From Hydrolagus affinis (lineage: Eukaryota), in NCBI GenBank assembly GCA_012026655.1, contig JAAILG010000778.1, positions 1 to 64,000 of the forward strand: 64,000 bases of DNA. The letters run 5' to 3'. Of this stretch, positions 62,480 through 64,000 are shown piece by piece. The notes under the pieces were generated by a model that saw only the letters and a list, made by a program, of their open reading frames with translations, did not search any database and was not told the DNA's origin. How positions within the stretch are numbered: the first letter of the stretch is position 1; every line of letters begins with the position of its first letter. The position numbers and the translations under genes are program-made.

Positions 62480-62830
62480 GTACTTAATCACTTTAAGAGA
62501 AAAATCCACCAAGGTTCAATCTGCGACCCAGCTAATTTTGCTGACATCAGCTGGGGCGCAGTAGATGGACTACAATCTGCCTGATTTAGGGAAGGCGGAA
62601 ATCAGCTCGACTTCCCACTACCGGAAGCCGTCCAATGTCCACTTCTTGACTGTGTATCTTGTAGTTATCAGATCAGGACTTGATTATGTTGCTTCGCACT
62701 GTTATCAAATCTTCCTATCTTGGCTCACACATTAAGAATTTGTACCTTACCAGGTACTGCAGGCAGTTGATGCTGATGGAACCTTATCCCAGCAAGAGTT
62801 AGTGCCTTAAGAAGAAAAATTGGTAGGAAA
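62480..62830 (+). mobile_element. Ancient AmnSINE2-like SINE in the putative 3' UTR
   Basis: aggttcaatc, gctgacatcagctggggcgcagtag, ctacaatctgcc, ggaaatcagc and ggaaccttatcccagcaagagttagtgcctt motifs. Confidence 0.6.
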
Positions 62831-63094
62831 GCATAAAGTTTGCTTGACTTTAACCCTTGTATTCTCTCATTTAGTGTATTTCTAAGGCACTGCTTTTCTG
62901 TACAGTATAAGCCGTTGAGCTATTCAGCAATGTTGCAACTGTATCTAGTGGAGCACTTTATTGTTTAAACTCTGCCCCCAATAATCACTTCTTACATTTC
63001 TTAAATTTCCTTCAGTTGTTTTATTTGGGAGGATCAGTTTTTACCTTGCTTGCTGTATCGTGTCTTCCTGATTCTTAAAATGAAGGAATTGCAT

Positions 63095-63430
63095 GATAAG
63101 GAACAGAGCCGTACAGATCTTAAAGTGACCACTGGTCTGTGCTGAGTTTGCCAGTCAGTACCAGGATAGCAGGAGGGATGGTTCCATTTTTCAGTACTTC
63201 TGTACTTAGGAAGGGAAAAATCACGGGTACTGTTCCTGGTGACCCCTTCTGAGAAGTTGCCTGTAGGCATTGGGTGATGTACTATCACATTTCACTCATA
63301 TATGTAGTCAGATAGCCTGTTAACACTCATGATCTACGCATCTACATAAGGATTGTTCATTTTTGCAAGACAAGTGAGAGGGGTCGGTAACAGTAATTGT
63401 GGAACTGTATCCTATCCTAGTGACAGAGAT
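63095..63430 (+). mobile_element. Ancient AmnSINE2-like SINE in the putative 3' UTR
   Basis: gagccgtacaga, ctggtctgtgctgagtt, ggtgacccctt, gatagcctgttaacactca and gtggaactgtatcc motifs. Confidence 0.65.
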
Positions 63431-63502
63431 CCGTAAAGGAAAAGCTACTCCTGAACAGTTTCCCTCTTTTCACATTAATTTGGGGCTCAAACAATAAGTT
63501 TA

Positions 63503-63594
63503 ATTAAAGTGTTATTTTAAAGGAAGAAATCTCACGTTGCAAATTTGACTTGTTTTTGAGAAGAATTGACTAATTTGGATCGTTTTGCATTAAA
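63503..63594 (+). promoter_or_regulatory. Candidate polyadenylation signals (ATTAAA at 63503-63508 and 63589-63594)
   Basis: Variant hexamers 1.3-1.4 kb after the stop codon, in T-rich context. I saw no canonical AATAAA between 62212 and 64000. Confidence 0.3.
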
Positions 63595-64000
63595 TAAGAT
63601 AGCGTGGAACTAGAAAAGGGCTTTCTTCCCCAAGTCCACACTTTACATAGACTATTACTCAAGAGATAGCCTTTGTTCCAGAGCAATGCTTATCTGTAAT
63701 GTTGAGACACATCTGCCCAGTTGCTGATCAGTGAAGCCCTTTATTCTCTATGTATTTCTTCCAGCTGGAAGATGATGCTTGGAATATTTCTGGAACCACA
63801 TCAGGCAGGGCCCACAACTCTCTACAGGCGATGTACCCCCCAACAAGGAATCCCACCCAGTTGCAAACTCCTCCCACAGGATGAGGCGTGGTTGAGGAAG
63901 CCATCTTAGCCATTATTGTTGTCTTCCCCAAGTTAGCATCCTACCTCCACATGGTCATCTCCTGGGGCAATGCAGCTGTTGTTAGGCTAGGAGTGGTCAA

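Overview
This is vertebrate genomic DNA, not prokaryotic. The repeat content points to a cartilaginous fish, probably a chimaera/Callorhinchus-like holocephalan (inference from tRNA-derived Deu-type SINEs, shark-type CR1, L2 and Penelope-like termini). The only protein-coding signal I can support is the last two coding exons of a glypican-5-type gene on the + strand. The first is the heparan-sulfate attachment exon at 18154-18319 (SGDCDDEDGCTGSGSGE). It splices in phase 1 across a ~43.7 kb intron to a terminal exon at 62004-62212 that encodes a GPI-anchor signal. The rest is intron/3' region filled with repeats of many ages: a young tRNA-headed SINE sharing its 3' tail with L2, L2 and CR1 fragments, about 20 ancient AmnSINE2/MamSINE1-like copies, AmnSINE1/Deu-type SINEs, one LF-SINE-like relic, hAT and Tigger MITEs, a short Helitron, and Penelope-type termini with decayed hammerhead-ribozyme cores. 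There is a 100-N gap at 23681-23780. Most ORF-track entries are spurious. I see no convincing new multi-gene system. The most notable items are a composite hAT element carrying extra DNA, the hammerhead relics, the LF-SINE-like relic and several nested insertions. Repeat family names come from remembered consensus motifs, not from a search.
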